Shown: positions 35,556-64,000, numbered from the stretch's first letter. The stretch: 64,000 nt of DNA from Octopus sinensis (GCF_006345805.1 NC_042999.1:97216001-97280000); one strand, 5' to 3'. A program made the numbers and translations. The notes: generated by a model not told the origin, from the sequence alone.

Positions 35556-35982
35556 TATTTAGTTGGCAACTTAAATTTATTAGTTAGTAATCAACTTTCT
35601 AGCCTCACGTGTCTACATAACGATTTTAAAATGAAGTTGTGTCCCTTTACTTAAAACAAATAATTTTAATATCAAACAATTAAGAATATACATTTATAGG
35701 TTAACCCATTTATAAAATTATTCTCAAAATATTATTATATTTGGGATTTGAATTTTCATAATGTAAAAAAAAAGTTGGTTAAAACTGGCAAAACTATTTT
35801 TTTCAAAACCGGTGTTAATAGAAAAGATATTCCTCGTTGAAGTGTTTCTTTCTTCTTTTCTCTTGCTACTGCTTTCTTGTAAATAGATATATACATTTAT
35901 GTATATATCTACATTGTCTTCTTTATTGTCACGAGGGAAATCAGTATAACTATTTTGTCAAGATAAAATTTAAATATCGGAT

Positions 35983-50752
<14,770 letters not shown>

Positions 50753-51754
50753 AGCAAATCAACTTCCATTCTTAATAATCAGACTTTATTTTTCCAATAC
50801 AAACCATGTTTTATTTATTCATTTCAAGTTTGTACAGCTTCAAACTCTTTGAACTATATTTCAACAGGCCTAATCATTGTGACAAATAAATTATATGTAT
50901 ATAATTTGATATAGTGCTCATTATCATGATCATTGTTTTAACATCCACTTGTCTATGTTTGCATGGGTCATATGAAATTTGTTGAAGTGTATTTTCTACA
51001 GCTTGATACCCTTCTTCTTGCCAATCATCACCTTTTTTTAAGTAAATATTTCCTCTAGACTTCCAAATATGAACTATACAATGGGTAAGTGTGATTGCAT
51101 GAAAGGTTTCAAATGAACAAAATAGTCTGTATGACAAGTTCACTCATTTATAACCAGGGCGATTTGATGACAAGACTTACTCTCACACACACTGACATAA
51201 ACAAACATACACACACACACACCTATATGTATACAATGGACTTCTTTCAATTTCCCTCTACCAGATCCATTTACAAGGTGCCATACAGTGGGGCTGAACC
51301 TGAAACCACTTGTCAGAGAAACTCATCACGCTGCTAGGTCTGTTTTAGCATAGTTTCTGTAGCTTGCTGCCTTGCCTAATACCTTCCACTTTACATCTGG
51401 GTCCTTTTTTCTTGGCACCAGCACTAGTGAGGATGCTTTACAACCTGTTAGACTAAAAGGCATAAAGGGGGCCCCCTGTAACTGAAGGAGAAAAGGAGAA
51501 AGTGGGAGGATTTTAGGCAAGATGATATGTGGGGTGAGGTTTATAGTTGTGAGAGTAACAGAGTAGTTACTTTTAGGTGAGGAAGTATTAGAGGAACAGG
51601 GGAAAGGAAGAGATTGGTGTCAGTGGTTAGTGAGAAAAGGTGAGACAGAGTGGAAAGAGTTGTGAAGTGGGTTATGCACATGGGCTTCATGGCTATTCCA
51701 CATTATAAGATGTGATGGAGAAGGAAAATAGATGAGGGCAGCAAGGGTCTAGAG

Positions 51755-52061
51755 CAGGATTGCCCAACCTGGGGCTCGCAGACTTTCATCTTGTGGCCTG
51801 CTTGATACTTTCTTGAAGTATTGTGTTTAATTTCAAAGTAAAATTGTGTAAAACCTTTGTTTCAAAATAAATTTTAAATTTATAAGTGGCAATAAAGCAA
51901 TAGCCTACAATTTTATAATTTTAAACAAATGAAAAATATGAAAAATTTTCAATTCTATAATTTGATTATTTGACTATTAGTGCATAAAGTATACAAGTGG
52001 CTCTCAAAAAAGTTTCTGTGATTAAAGTGACCCACAATATAATTCAAGTTGGCCAGGCCTA
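51755..52061. mobile_element. hAT MITE
   Basis: 8-bp TSD GTCTAGAG (51747-51754, 52062-52069); imperfect TIRs CAGGATTGCCCAAC / GTTGGCCAGGCCTA. Confidence 0.78.
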
Positions 52062-53549
52062 GTCTAGAGAGAGCCAATTAGAGCTGTAGGGGCCATGGAG
52101 GATAGGCCAAAGAAATGAGAGGGTGTTGATGACAACAACGGTGATGATAATATCTAGTCAAGTAAGGCAGGGAGATGTCGTATGTATTGACTAGTATAGG
52201 GTATCATCTACTATAAGAGCATAAAGTCGATGGACTAAGTTTTGAAAGTAATAGAAACAGTTATAGCACAGCTAATTAGATAGGGAATTAACTCAGATGA
52301 GATGCAGTTCATGTTTGTATCAGGACAGAATGTTGTCAGTGTCCTCTTTCTAATAAGAATGGCTGCAGTGTTCTGATAAGGGTAAATCATAACACTCAAC
52401 ATTTGTTAACTTGGAGATGCCCTTTAATCAGGAATCACGCCAGGTGGTTACTAAATAGACTAAATGACTGGCTCATGAGATCTGTGTAAACCATGTATAA
52501 AGATACTGTTTGTAGAATGAAAGTAAGGAGTTGAGCAAAGAATTTAGCATGTAAGTGTTCATCAGAGCTGTGTTCAGTCCATTCTTGTTCATTATGGTTA
52601 TTTAGGCTCTAACAGAAAATTTTAAGACATAGTTGCCTTTGCAAAGTTTTATATGAAGATAACCTATTTGTCAGAGCTGAATTTGTTGAAAATTAGAAAA
52701 GAAATTCTGAATCAGAAAGCAAACCCTAGAATCAAGATGTCTTAAAGTAAATGTTGCAAAACTGAAATTTTGTTTTGCAGGAATGATACCTAACTGTCAA
52801 CTAGAAAATGGCCATGCTCAATATGTTGAAAAGAAGTTGGTAGAAATTTCATATAATACACTTAATGTAAACTGTAGGTGCACAAGAGATGCAGTGGGAT
52901 CACAGACAGGTTGACAGGGAAGTAAGACTTTTCATATATAATGGAAGTGCTGAAGTAGTTAGTAGTAAGAACACTCATAAGATGAATTCTCTGAAGTACC
53001 TGGAAGCCTCTCTACAAGTAGTTGACAGTTTCAGCTGTTCTCGAGCACATTTCAGGAAGAAACCCAAACCTCTACTTCATGGACAACTACATTCTAATTT
53101 TTAGAAGATCCTAAATCAAATTATTTTGGAGAGAGAATTTATTCATATTAAAGATAGAAAGACATAACATTATTCTGAAAATGATGAATAGCATTTGTTC
53201 TATAAAATAAATATTTGAAAAATTTAATTGACAGATAACTTATCTTGTGGAACTTCAGAAAATTATTACAAAACTCTTAGGTTCCTGGGAATCCACTTTC
53301 AGAAACACTGACCAAGGTGACCTAATTAGCAGTGGTAGTGAGTGTTATGAAAGCAAAGTAGCAACAATAAGGAAAGTTCAGATATCTATTACCTCTGCTG
53401 GCAACAAAAGGATTCTTTCTTGGTGTGAAAGGCAGATTTTATGATATTTGCATAGACTGTAATAACGCATGGAAGCAAAATATGGGCATTGAACATAGTG
53501 GGTGTGCAGATCTTCCAGGACGAGGTTTGTCATCTAGGCTGTAGTTTAA

Positions 53550-54622
53550 AGCTTGGAATTTCTGAAACTACCGTTGACATTGCCGTACGCTTACTGTCCG
53601 ATCCCTATATACTGCATTAATATTCCTCGCACTTTCCATTGCGTTGTTGCTTTTATTGAACTCATAAAACAAATTATGTCGAATATGCTCCTTTGGCACT
53701 TCCATTATAGCTGGCTAGATCCTGATATTTGTCAAGTTTTTTTTATTTCTTTGGTATCACTCTGTTATCATAAGGAAATGCAATGTCTATGTAGAGCTCA
53801 AAGAGGACGTCATGCAAACTCTGGTGGAACAAAATCCCATTGTAACTATTGAGGAACTAACAGAAAAGCTTGGATTTGGTCATTCAACCATTCATTGACA
53901 CATGCGTGCCATCAGAAAAGTCAGCAAATTGGGTCAATGAGTTCCTCACAAACTTTCCGAGGCTAATCATACGCAGAGAGTGAATTTGTGTGCTTTTTTA
54001 CTGTCACGTCTCATGAATGAACCTTTTTTGGACCGAAAGTGAATGGTGACAAGAAATGGGTTCTCTATAAAAATGTCAAGCGTCGAAGACAGTGGGTAGG
54101 GAAAGGAGAAATACTGGCACCCCAGGCTAAAGAAGGTCTTCACCCACGTAGTGTGTTTTCTGTTTAGTGGGATATGAAAGGTTTAGTCCACTTTGAACAA
54201 CAAACCAAACGACAACAAAGTTAGATCTACTGCGAGCAGCTTGAGCGGCTTAAGGCAGCGTTAGACGAAAAATGACTCTTTTTGGTTTCAAGATGAAAGG
54301 TGTTCTTCCATCAGGATAATGCTCAGCCACATACAGCGAGGATGACACTCCAAAAGCTGGATCGTTTATTCCGCAGTCTTCAAAATCATTTGGACAGAAA
54401 AAATATGAACTCTGTAAACGAGGTCAGAACAGTATTGGAGGAGTATTTTTCGTCACGGACAAGTGAATTTTGGAAAAGGCTCCTTGCAAGTCTAGCAGAT
54501 AGATAGAAGCGCATTGCAGAAATTGAAGGAGAGTGTATTTTGATTAAAAAAGAACTTTTGTTTATCTTAATTTTGAAAATAAAAGAAGTATAAAAAAACG
54601 CATTATTTATAGGATTACCCAA
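53550..54622 (+). mobile_element. Decayed mariner transposon
   Basis: Remnants GDKKWVLYKNVKRRRQW, FHQDNAQPH and LFRSLQNHL; right TIR ...TTTATAGGATTACCCAATA. Confidence 0.82.
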
Positions 54623-55009
54623 TACAAGTACAACATTTGTGAAATTAGGTAAAGTATTTATTGTAGAAAATAACGTGATATAAACGAGTGAATCACTAAC
54701 CACAACATATTGTACATATTAAAAGTAATCAAATGTGTATATATGTGTACATTTTTTTCATTTTCTTGCTATTTTAGCATTTTTATTTACATCCTTATAG
54801 TCTCATTAGCAACTATCATCGTCTACATTTTTCAACAATAGCTCCGTTGCTTTACACGGCTCGAGTACTCGAGGTGTTTATTATATAAGGAACAATGTGA
54901 AAAGTATTACGATTGAAGGGAGACAACTGTGTATATTTTGCGTTACTGAACTTTTGACTAAAGAAAGAAAATATTCGGAAACAATTTATTAAAACCTGCA
55001 CAAACACAC

Positions 55010-55060
<51 letters not shown>

Positions 55061-55427
55061 ATTAATTTCCGTTTTCAATTTGTCACATAAAATAGGATTC
55101 ATGAACATCATACTTGCACTGAACATCATACTTAGAAAAAATAATATTTATATCTGCTATTCGTTTGGCATATTTTAAGTATACATTTTATTACACAATT
55201 CAAAAACATCAGTTTTTCGTTTTCAACCTTCACTTTATTGATGTCTGATTTTCTGAGTATCAATAAATAGTCCGGCACCTCTTTTAGTCCGGACAAATTA
55301 CGACATGGTACCTGAAATTCCTCCGACCGCCAAACAAGGGTGTCACTGTTTACTTTATCACTGATACGGATCGTTCTCGATTTTGTGTGGTATTTTAAGG
55401 ATTATTTTACACACATTTAATCTGAAC

Positions 55428-57062
55428 ATGGATTCTAAGAAAGATGCAAGTGTTGGTTGTGGTGTAAAGCGTAAACACCAGTCGATATCGATAAAAGATA
55501 AGGTAGAGCTATTGCAAAAACTGGAAAGTGGCGTTTCAATACGAAAACTATGCGATATGTATGGCATCGGTTCATCAACTGTTTACGATATAAAGAAGCA
55601 GAGAGAGAAACTATTTAAATTCTATATAGACAGTGGTTGCAAGAAGCAGATGAGTACAAGAAAAACTATGAAAGGTGTTAAAAGTATTGAACATGATCGG
55701 GTAATGAAGGACTGGATTCAACAACGTCGGCGTCAAGGAGAAGAATTAACGAGTAATATGTTAATGGAACAGGCTAAAATTTTCCATCGTCAACTTAATT
55801 TAGATTATGAGTGTGACTATAGTGAAGGATGGCTTCAAAGGTTTAAGAGACGTCAGGGGATTTCCTTACAGAAATTGTCTACGGAAAAACGGTTTGCGAA
55901 GCACGAAGGAACTGTCGAGTATGTTCAGGAATTTTCTAAACTTATAACTCGCGAGTATCTTACTCCCGAGCAAGTGTATAATGCCGATGAAACGGTATTA
56001 TATTGGAGATGTATACCAAAAGGAGTTTTGACCAGAGAGGACAAAGAAGAATTTGAACGATCTAGGGAAATAATTACTATTTTAGGATGCTCAAACGCAG
56101 CAGGAACCCACAGATGTAAACCACTAGTTGTAGGGAAAAGTAAATGTTCAACGGCGTTGAAAGACACAAAAGAATACCCAATAATATATCGTACAAATAA
56201 AAACGGCAACATTACCACTGGGATTACTTTAGAATGGTTAGAAAAGTATTTTGTGCCAGAAGCCAGAGCCCACTGCACATCCGTAGGTCTACCAGAAGAC
56301 TGCAAAATTCTTCTCATTTTGGATAACTGCTCGACTCACCCTAAGGCTGAACTAAGTCAAAAGAATGTTTTTACTTTGTATTTACCACCAAACTGTGCAT
56401 CGCATATCCAGCCACAAGAGCAAGGAATACTTCATTGTCTGAAAACAGAGTACCGCTTACTTTTCATGAGACATATATTAGATGTAGTAAATACTGGTAG
56501 GCCTTTAGAGAAATTTATGGCAGAATTTAACATAGATGACCTGCTTTATTATATTGCTAACGCTTGGCAGAACCTAACAACATCAACACTAAAAGCTGGC
56601 TGGCATAAGTTATGGCCTGAGTTGATGCATGATAATCCAATTGAAGAAAAGTTTGGATATAACTGGACAGGATTTCATTTACAAAAGGAAAAAGAAGTTG
56701 TCGATGAGTTGCTGGATTATGCTGAAAATATTGCTGGAGATGATGCGAAATGCGTAGCACAGAAACTTAATAACGAAAACCTGTCTGAATGGTTAAGTAT
56801 CGACGAAATATCACCTATTGTCTATCACAATGTTGATCCCGATATTGTAGGTGTTTCTCTGATTTCTGGCAGCAACAAAGGTGTTGAGGAATGCAAAGAT
56901 AAAAATGAAATTGATGAAAGATTTAGTATCGAGAAGATAATTAACTTGTTGGCTGAAGTAATTACAGGGTTAGAACAACGTAACTTTATGAGTGAACAAG
57001 AGCTAATGAGTCTATATTTGATATATGAAAAGCTACATGTGGAAAAATCAAAGCAATTGTAA
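55428..57062 (+). CDS. Tigger/pogo-derived Jerky-like (TIGD/CENP-B family) protein, 544 aa, intronless
   Basis: Uninterrupted ORF from ATG 55428. It has a psq-type HTH (KRKHQSISIKDKVELL), a CENP-B HTH (SEGWLQRFKRRQGI) and DDE_1 motifs NADET, ILDNC and QPQEQG. No clear TIR pair was seen. Confidence 0.88.
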   Translation: MDSKKDASVGCGVKRKHQSISIKDKVELLQKLESGVSIRKLCDMYGIGSSTVYDIKKQREKLFKFYIDSGCKKQMSTRKTMKGVKSIEHDRVMKDWIQQRRRQGEELTSNMLMEQAKIFHRQLNLDYECDYSEGWLQRFKRRQGISLQKLSTEKRFAKHEGTVEYVQEFSKLITREYLTPEQVYNADETVLYWRCIPKGVLTREDKEEFERSREIITILGCSNAAGTHRCKPLVVGKSKCSTALKDTKEYPIIYRTNKNGNITTGITLEWLEKYFVPEARAHCTSVGLPEDCKILLILDNCSTHPKAELSQKNVFTLYLPPNCASHIQPQEQGILHCLKTEYRLLFMRHILDVVNTGRPLEKFMAEFNIDDLLYYIANAWQNLTTSTLKAGWHKLWPELMHDNPIEEKFGYNWTGFHLQKEKEVVDELLDYAENIAGDDAKCVAQKLNNENLSEWLSIDEISPIVYHNVDPDIVGVSLISGSNKGVEECKDKNEIDERFSIEKIINLLAEVITGLEQRNFMSEQELMSLYLIYEKLHVEKSKQL

Positions 57063-59889
57063 CGAATTTTCTGAAATGAAAAGCCTAGCCTCAAGCATTA
57101 TATCGTGTAAGAGACCAACGTACATCAGCTTTTACTGAATTGACTCTTATTGAGACAGACCATCACTAGTCGTTTAACGTTCTGCATTTATCATTGTATA
57201 CGAAACAGTAAGACGAAAAGATAAGGCATAATGGCTGTGAAGTAAAAATGTCGAACTACTGATGGCTATATGGATAAAGCTTAAATCTTACCATTGTGCC
57301 GTGCCCCTAAGCAAGGTACATAACTCTGCTTACTTCAGTGCACCTGATTGATATATATCTGTTTCACTCCCTACTTCATAGTTGAATGGTAAGTGCTACA
57401 AGTAAAACTATCCCACCCGTGCTCGCACAAGAAAATGGAAGCTGAAATTGTGTAATGTATTTGCATCCCAAAACGTTGTATTGTTTTCTCCTTCCTCACA
57501 CCATACAAGCATGTTGAAACTATTATCTATAAAAATGCATATTAATAACCCAACTTCTATGAATTTGGGGTTGCATTGAAAATTTTAAACTTTACCACTT
57601 TGGTGTTGGTAGTACTACAAAATACTTTGTAAGTACAGATATTGATAAAACTTTTATTTTTATTCAACTTCTTAAATTGTATCATGACTGTTTAATTATT
57701 TGATTAAAGTGTGTAATTTATATACCACTAATGCATTTTGGAAAGAGTTACATATGATTGAGTCGATAGTATCAACCTTGCAGATGACAGTTAAGTGCTC
57801 TCTAATATACTTAATGCAATAAGCCAAGAAATTTTAAGTAATTAAAATTACACTCATGATATTGAGAAAAATATGTACTATGGTTTATGTTTCTAGTCAA
57901 AAAGGAGGGGAGGCAACTTAGAATTAAAAATTAATTACAAATATAATATAATAGAAATTAAGTCTATGTTTTCATAGTACAATGACAACAGTTTACTGCA
58001 CAATGTCCATAACCAAGACAATTCTCCCTGGTTCAGATCACTTATCTGTGAATATGTAACATGAAGAGCAGCTCACAATTATAGCACTGAACCACTGTAA
58101 GTAGTGTCTTGTTGGTTTGCTTTGCTGAGTTGAAGTTATATTTTCCTGGGAAAAGCAATGAGAAACTACTTCAGTGTTTTGTTACTTGAAAATAGTGCAG
58201 ATGTTTTATCTGAATCATTGTCATGAGTGATTAAAGTTTTAAAAATAGCTTTCTGAAGGCATATGAATCTCACAATTCAATATCATTTCCTTTAAAGATC
58301 CACACATTTGGACATATGTTTAGATAAGTAACAGAAAAAGGGTAAATACTTTGTAATCTAAGATCTGATTTCAATTCTCATTTGAAGATTACTCACCTAA
58401 TTTTCTTCTTGGTCACGACATGGATATTACATAACCTGATTTCTATTCTTTTACACATTTTTGCTATTACACTTTTGTAAAAAAAAAATAAAATAAATAC
58501 ATTTAGTATTATATTTATGCTTTAGTATTTGATTAATTAATCTAAATAGCATAAAATATGTGAACTTAATAGTTAACATATTTTTCCTCACAATGGATCA
58601 CTTCAATGAGAAAAAGCAACTAGAATAGCTTAAAAATATCCATGGACAGTAGTTATTTTATTGTTCTTAACAAAATATAATGGAAACATATAATTCATTA
58701 ATAGATTACAGAGGAACATAATTTTTAATTACACACACATGCACACACAAATGCATATACTTGAGCCTAGTTCATATTGTGGTTGGCAATTAGGAAGGGC
58801 ATCCAACCAGAAAATCCATGATATACAGTACACAACAACAAAGATTGGTAGTTTTCTTAGCTGTTTTGTACATTAGACTACAAAAAACCATGCCAGGTGG
58901 CTAAACACTGTTATCCAAGCCATGCCATTATGGAAAAGTAAATTATATTCAGTAAATAATCCTATGCAGTATGTAAATATATATAAGATTTAAACTTCAT
59001 GACTCAAAACTTATATTGGATAAATAAATATGACATTTTCTTGCCAACTGACACATTATTCAACATGTTTTCTTCAAGATGGTAGGGTATAATTTGAATG
59101 AGATATGGTTGCTATTTCTAGCTGATCTTGCAACCAGTGTGAGGTTCTCTCTCATTGAGTCAAAAATTGTTGTTATTCAAAATTGGTGGGTAAGTTATAT
59201 ACTTTTGCAATTTTGAAATTGATGCTGGTGAATGCCTAGATGTACTTGTCCTCAACCTTTTGGAAATTTACTTTATTGGAGTAGAAGCTGCTTATTTTCT
59301 GGTTCTGTAATTTCCTTGCAAGTTACATCATGTGGTTCTGAGTTCCCTGCACACTGGAATTAACAGTTAACATTTTAAATCCCACTATAGTGATTTGTAT
59401 TAACAGTAGCATGCTCCCCCTAATCCCTTATGGCAATAAACACTGTACCACATACTCATGAGCCAATAATGAAGCCTCTAGCGGTCATTCACTTTGCCAG
59501 AACCAATCCTCATATAAACAATCTGTACATCTATTTTCTGCAGACATACTCAGAATTCAGCCACTCAAATGCACTCAAACTCCAGTGTCATTAAGTTAAT
59601 TACTATAATGATAAGCAAATGCATCAGCAACTTTTTCTCTAATGAGGTAACTTTCCACATGGTTGAGAACAAATATAATCAGATACTCACTGGCAGCAAT
59701 TTAGAAAACAACAGAAAAGTATATAATTCACTACTACAAATAGCAAAAAAATTTTTGAGTCAATGTGAGAGTCTCTACATGGTTGTTAGGCTAGCTAGAA
59801 ATAGCTGGTGTGTCACTCACAAATCACTCTATCATTTAATGAAAAACAACTCATTGAATAATCTTCTTGTCTTGTCTTGAGACAGCATT

Positions 59890-60397
59890 CACCCAGGGTG
59901 GGTTGAGATGGCTTCATTCATCCTCAATGCTGCATCTCTCACAAACGCTGACCAGACCTGGCGATTTGAGGCTAACGACCGTGTGATCTCCAACCACTCT
60001 TTATTCCAGCGGCGAACGCCGTAGATATGGGGGCTTAGGTTGGGTTCCAGATCAGCCTTGACTGTCATCAGCCAGGTTTTTCATTGTCCACCACATTGCT
60101 TTCGCCAACCCTGAAGGGGTGCTGGGGCAATTGCTTCATAGATGAATTCTCTTGGTTAACGACAGAGGGCATGACCCAGCCAACGCAGACGTCTCATTAG
60201 GATGATTTGTCGGAGAGAGGTGATTTTGCACTGATGTCCCACCGAATTGTTGGAGACAAAGTGATGCCATTGGACAAGAATGATGCGGCGTAGACAGAGC
60301 TGATCGAAGGATTCTAGTCACTTAATATCTTCTACCCTCATCAGCCATGACTCGCTGCCATAAAGGAGAATCGTTTGCACTAGTGCTTGGTAGATCT
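59890..60397 (-). mobile_element. Degenerate RTE-like LINE 3' fragment (different family)
   Basis: Minus-strand remnants LLYGSESW and RLRWLGHALCR. Confidence 0.7.
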
Positions 60398-61044
60398 GTA
60401 CATTGGATAATGTGGTTTAGGATCCTCTACACATAGGAAAAAGGTAGTGTGGACAGGAACAGAATACCTTTGATTATAGGTCTGTTCTCAACCATGTGTA
60501 GCTAGGCAGCAACAACCAAATCCTTGGATTAGGGAGAGAAATACTATCTGGTTCAATCCATCTTTCTACAAAACTGTCTTAATCTGTGTAGTGAACCAAT
60601 TCTTCTCCCTAATCAGTAAATGCTTCTACAAAGTAAAAATGAACTCCACAAATTATTCAACAACAGGAATAATATGAAAGCCATGCATATAGAAATCAGT
60701 AAGGTACATTAGAGTCGAACCATGCCATAATGAAATATACTATAAACTTCCCATGCTGGTAAAAGAAAAAAACAGATGTTGACTTGTAGACACAATTTGA
60801 AGTTCTTGTTACTTAAGAAGTGAGAAGAACTTCAGGCTGATGAACAAGGCACAGCTCGTCATTTGCTTACTCAGTTCTTGTGGAATCTCTCTGGAGAAGA
60901 ATGTGTCTAAATTCATTCTTTTATTTTTTTACTTGTTTCAGTCATCTGACTGCAGGCATGCTCAAGCAAATACTAATCTAATATATATTATACACACACG
61001 TGCACACACATATATATACATACATTTATATATGTATATTTATA

Positions 61045-61087
<43 letters not shown>

Positions 61088-61120
61088 ACATTTGTTTTTA
61101 TTAGAAGCATCAAATGTGTA

Positions 61121-61322
61121 TTGTACAATACAACAAAGAAGGGGATATTTTTTTGAACCCATCACCACTGTTAGAACAGCAGAAATAATGGGTAAATTAC
61201 ACTTACAAGGTGGTAAAAGTTGTAAACAAATACCTTGTAAGGGTAATTTATCCATTCTTTCTGCTGTTCTAATGGCAATGCTGCATTAAAAAAAATATCA
61301 CTTTCTTGTTTGTATTGTAAAA
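61121..61322. mobile_element. Fold-back MITE (long imperfect inverted repeat)
   Basis: TACAATACAACAAAG...TTAGAACAGCAGAAA...CTTACAAGG / CCTTGTAAG...TTTCTGCTGTTCTAA...TGTATTGTA. Confidence 0.7.
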
Positions 61323-61340
61323 TATATGTATATGCGTGTA

Positions 61341-61420
<80 letters not shown>

Positions 61421-61421
<1 letters not shown>

Positions 61422-64000
61422 CATCATCATCATCATTTAGCGTCCGTTTTCCATGCTAGCATGGGTTGGACGGTTCTACTGGGGTCTGTGAAGCCAGAAG
61501 GCTTCATCAGGCCCAGTCAAATCTGGCAGTGTTTCTACGGCTGGATGCCCTTCCTAACGCCAACCACTCCGTGAGTGTAGTGGGTGCTTTTTACATGCCA
61601 CCCACACAGGTGCCAGACAGAGCTGGCAAACGGCCACGAACGGATGGTGCTTTTTATGTGCCACCGGCACGAGGGCCAGGCGAGGCTGGCAACGGACACG
61701 AACGGATGGTGCTTTTTACGTGCCACCGGCACGAGGCCAGTCGGGGCGGCGCTGGCAACGGTCGCGAAACGGAAGGTTCTCTTACATGCCACCAGCACTG
61801 GTAACACATCTGCAATTTCCATTGATCAATTTCGATTCTGATCCTCACTTGCCTCAACAGGTCTTCACAAGTAGAGTTTTGTGTCCCAAGAAGGGAAGGT
61901 ATGCATACGTAGGCTGGCTCCATCCCATGTAGAAGGCCACGGGTTATGGACTCACTTGTCCTGCCGGGTCTTCTCGCGCACAGCACACTTCCAGAGGTCT
62001 TGGTCTCTAGTCATTTCCTCAGTGAGACCTAAAGTTCGAAGGTCGTGCTTCACCACCTCGTCCCAGGTTTTCCTGGGTCTGCCTCTTCCGCAGGTTCCCT
62101 CAACCGCTAGGGTGTGGCACTTTTTCACACAACTATCTTCATCCATTCTCGCCACATGACCATACCAGCGCAAACATCTCTCTTGCACACCACAACTGAT
62201 GCTTCTTAGGTCCAGCTTTTCTCTCAAGGTACTTACACTCTGCCGAGTATGAGTACTGACATTACACATCCATCGGAGCATACTGGCTTCATTTCTTGCG
62301 AGCTTACGCATATCCTCAGCAGTCACGGCCATGTTTCACTGCCATGTAGCATGGCTGTTCGTACACACGCATCATACAGTCTGCCTTTCACTCTGTGCGA
62401 GAGGCCTTTTGTCACCAGCAGAGGTAAGAGCTCTCTGAACTTTGCCCAAGCTATTCTTACTCTAGCAGTTACACTTTCAGCACACCCGCCCCCGCTGCTG
62501 ACTTGGTCACCTAGGTAACGGAAACTATCAACTATTTCTAGTTTTTCTCCCTGGAAAGTGACAGAAGTTGGTCTCGGAGCATTTTCAGTGTTTATTGTTC
62601 CTGAGCATCTGCCACATACAAAAACCATCTTCCTAGTTAGCCTTCCTTTGACATTGCTGCACCTCTTATGTGTCCATAGCTTACACTTGGTGCATCTTAT
62701 AGAGTTTCTACCTACACCTTTTCTACAGATCGAGCAGGGCCATCTACCTGAAGGCGTTTGTGATTTGTCTACCTTCCTACTGATTACGACTTTGGTTTTA
62801 GCTAGATTGACTCTGAGGCCCTTCGATTCTAATCCTTGTTTCCACACCTGAAACTTTTCCTCCAGTTCTGATAGCGACTCAGCAATTAGAGCAAGGTCAT
62901 CAGCATAGAGGAGCTCCCAAGGGCATCCTGTCTTGAATTCCTCTGTTATTGCCTGGAGGACTATGATAAATAGGAGGGGGCTGAGGACTGAGCCTTGGTG
63001 GACCCCTACCTCTACCCGGAATTCTTCACTGTACTCGTTGCCAACCCTCACCTTACTAGCAGCGTCCCTATACATGGCCCGCACAGCTCTCACTAACCAT
63101 TCATCTATCCCTAGTTTCCTCATTGACCACCAGATAAGGGATCGGGGGACCCTGTCGAAGGCTTTCTCCATGTCAACAAAAGCCAGGTACAGGGGCTTAT
63201 CTTTGGCTAGGTATTTCTCCTGCAGTTGCCTTACCAGGAATATAGCATCAGTAGTACTTTTCCCTGGCACAAACCCAAACTGCATCTCATCTAAACTAAC
63301 TCTCTCTCTAATTAGTTGGGCTATGACCCTCTCCGTAACCTTCATCACCTGATCCAACAGCTTGATACCTCTGTAGTCATTTGTATATAGGGCGTCACCT
63401 TTACCTTTGTAGCAGTTGACTATTATGCTGCTACACCAGTCATTGGGTATGACTCCTTTGTGTATCACCTGATTAACTATATGGGTGACTAGGCTATAGC
63501 CGACACTACCAGACATTTTGAGCATCTCTGCAGTGATTCCTGATGGGCCTGGGGCTTTCCCTGTCTTCATGCTTCTAATTGCCTTAGCTACCACGGAACT
63601 ATCAACTCGGATAGCTGGTCCCTCTGTTGGGTCAACATTCGGCAGACTCTCTTTATCCCATTCATTTTCTTTATTCAGCAACCTTTCATAGTGGCATCTC
63701 CAAACCTCTCTCTTTGCATCCTCATTTAGCGCAAGTGAACCATCTTCCATGCGAACACACTTCTTTCCTACCACATCACGATTCTCTCTCACACACTGTC
63801 TTGCAACGTGGAACACCTCCAGTCTTTGATCCTCACGGTGCAGAACATTGGCAATTTTTTTCTTATCTGCTTCCCCTCTGGCTAAATAAACCTGTCTCCT
63901 AATTTCTCTTTTGGCAGTCTGATACAATTCCTTGCTACCCCCATTTTTCCAGACCTTCCAAGCCTGTCTCTTTTCTCTAATAGCCCTGTCTACAATATTG
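61421..64000 (-). mobile_element. RTE-clade LINE (reverse transcriptase plus 3' UTR with (CAT)n tail), truncated by window end
   Basis: 534-aa ORF 62323-63927 with QFGF, FVDMEKAFD, GVHQGSVLSP and LLYADD; frameshift near 62330 into the C-terminal ORF 61952-62332 (RGRPRKTW). Confidence 0.95.

Overview
AT-rich, intron-rich animal genomic DNA. The repeat content (RTE-LINE 3' tails ending in (CAT)n, CORE-like tRNA-SINEs, long (TA)n/(CA)n tracts) suggests an octopod cephalopod, which is an inference. Two conserved spliced genes face away from each other. On the - strand is the 5' half of Drosha (ATG 21289; coding exons down to 1366, continuing off the left edge). On the + strand is a complete RABGGTB (10 coding exons, 35983-50752, 332 aa). 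Other elements: an intact intronless Tigger/Jerky-like ORF (55428-57062), a Tc1 element with a duplicated DNA-binding domain, a head-to-tail non-autonomous Helitron dimer, a decayed mariner, several MITEs (some carrying telomere-like repeats) and RTE/CR1 LINE pieces. The standout is a young insertion inside a Drosha intron (7970-10251) flanked by a target-site duplication (TSD). It holds about 4.3 near-identical ~490-nt tandem units plus a 165-bp inverted copy at one end. Every unit encodes a complete type I hammerhead ribozyme with a palindromic stem III and a long hairpin inserted in loop 2. This fits a retrozyme or Penelope-associated self-cleaving element that could produce circular RNA.
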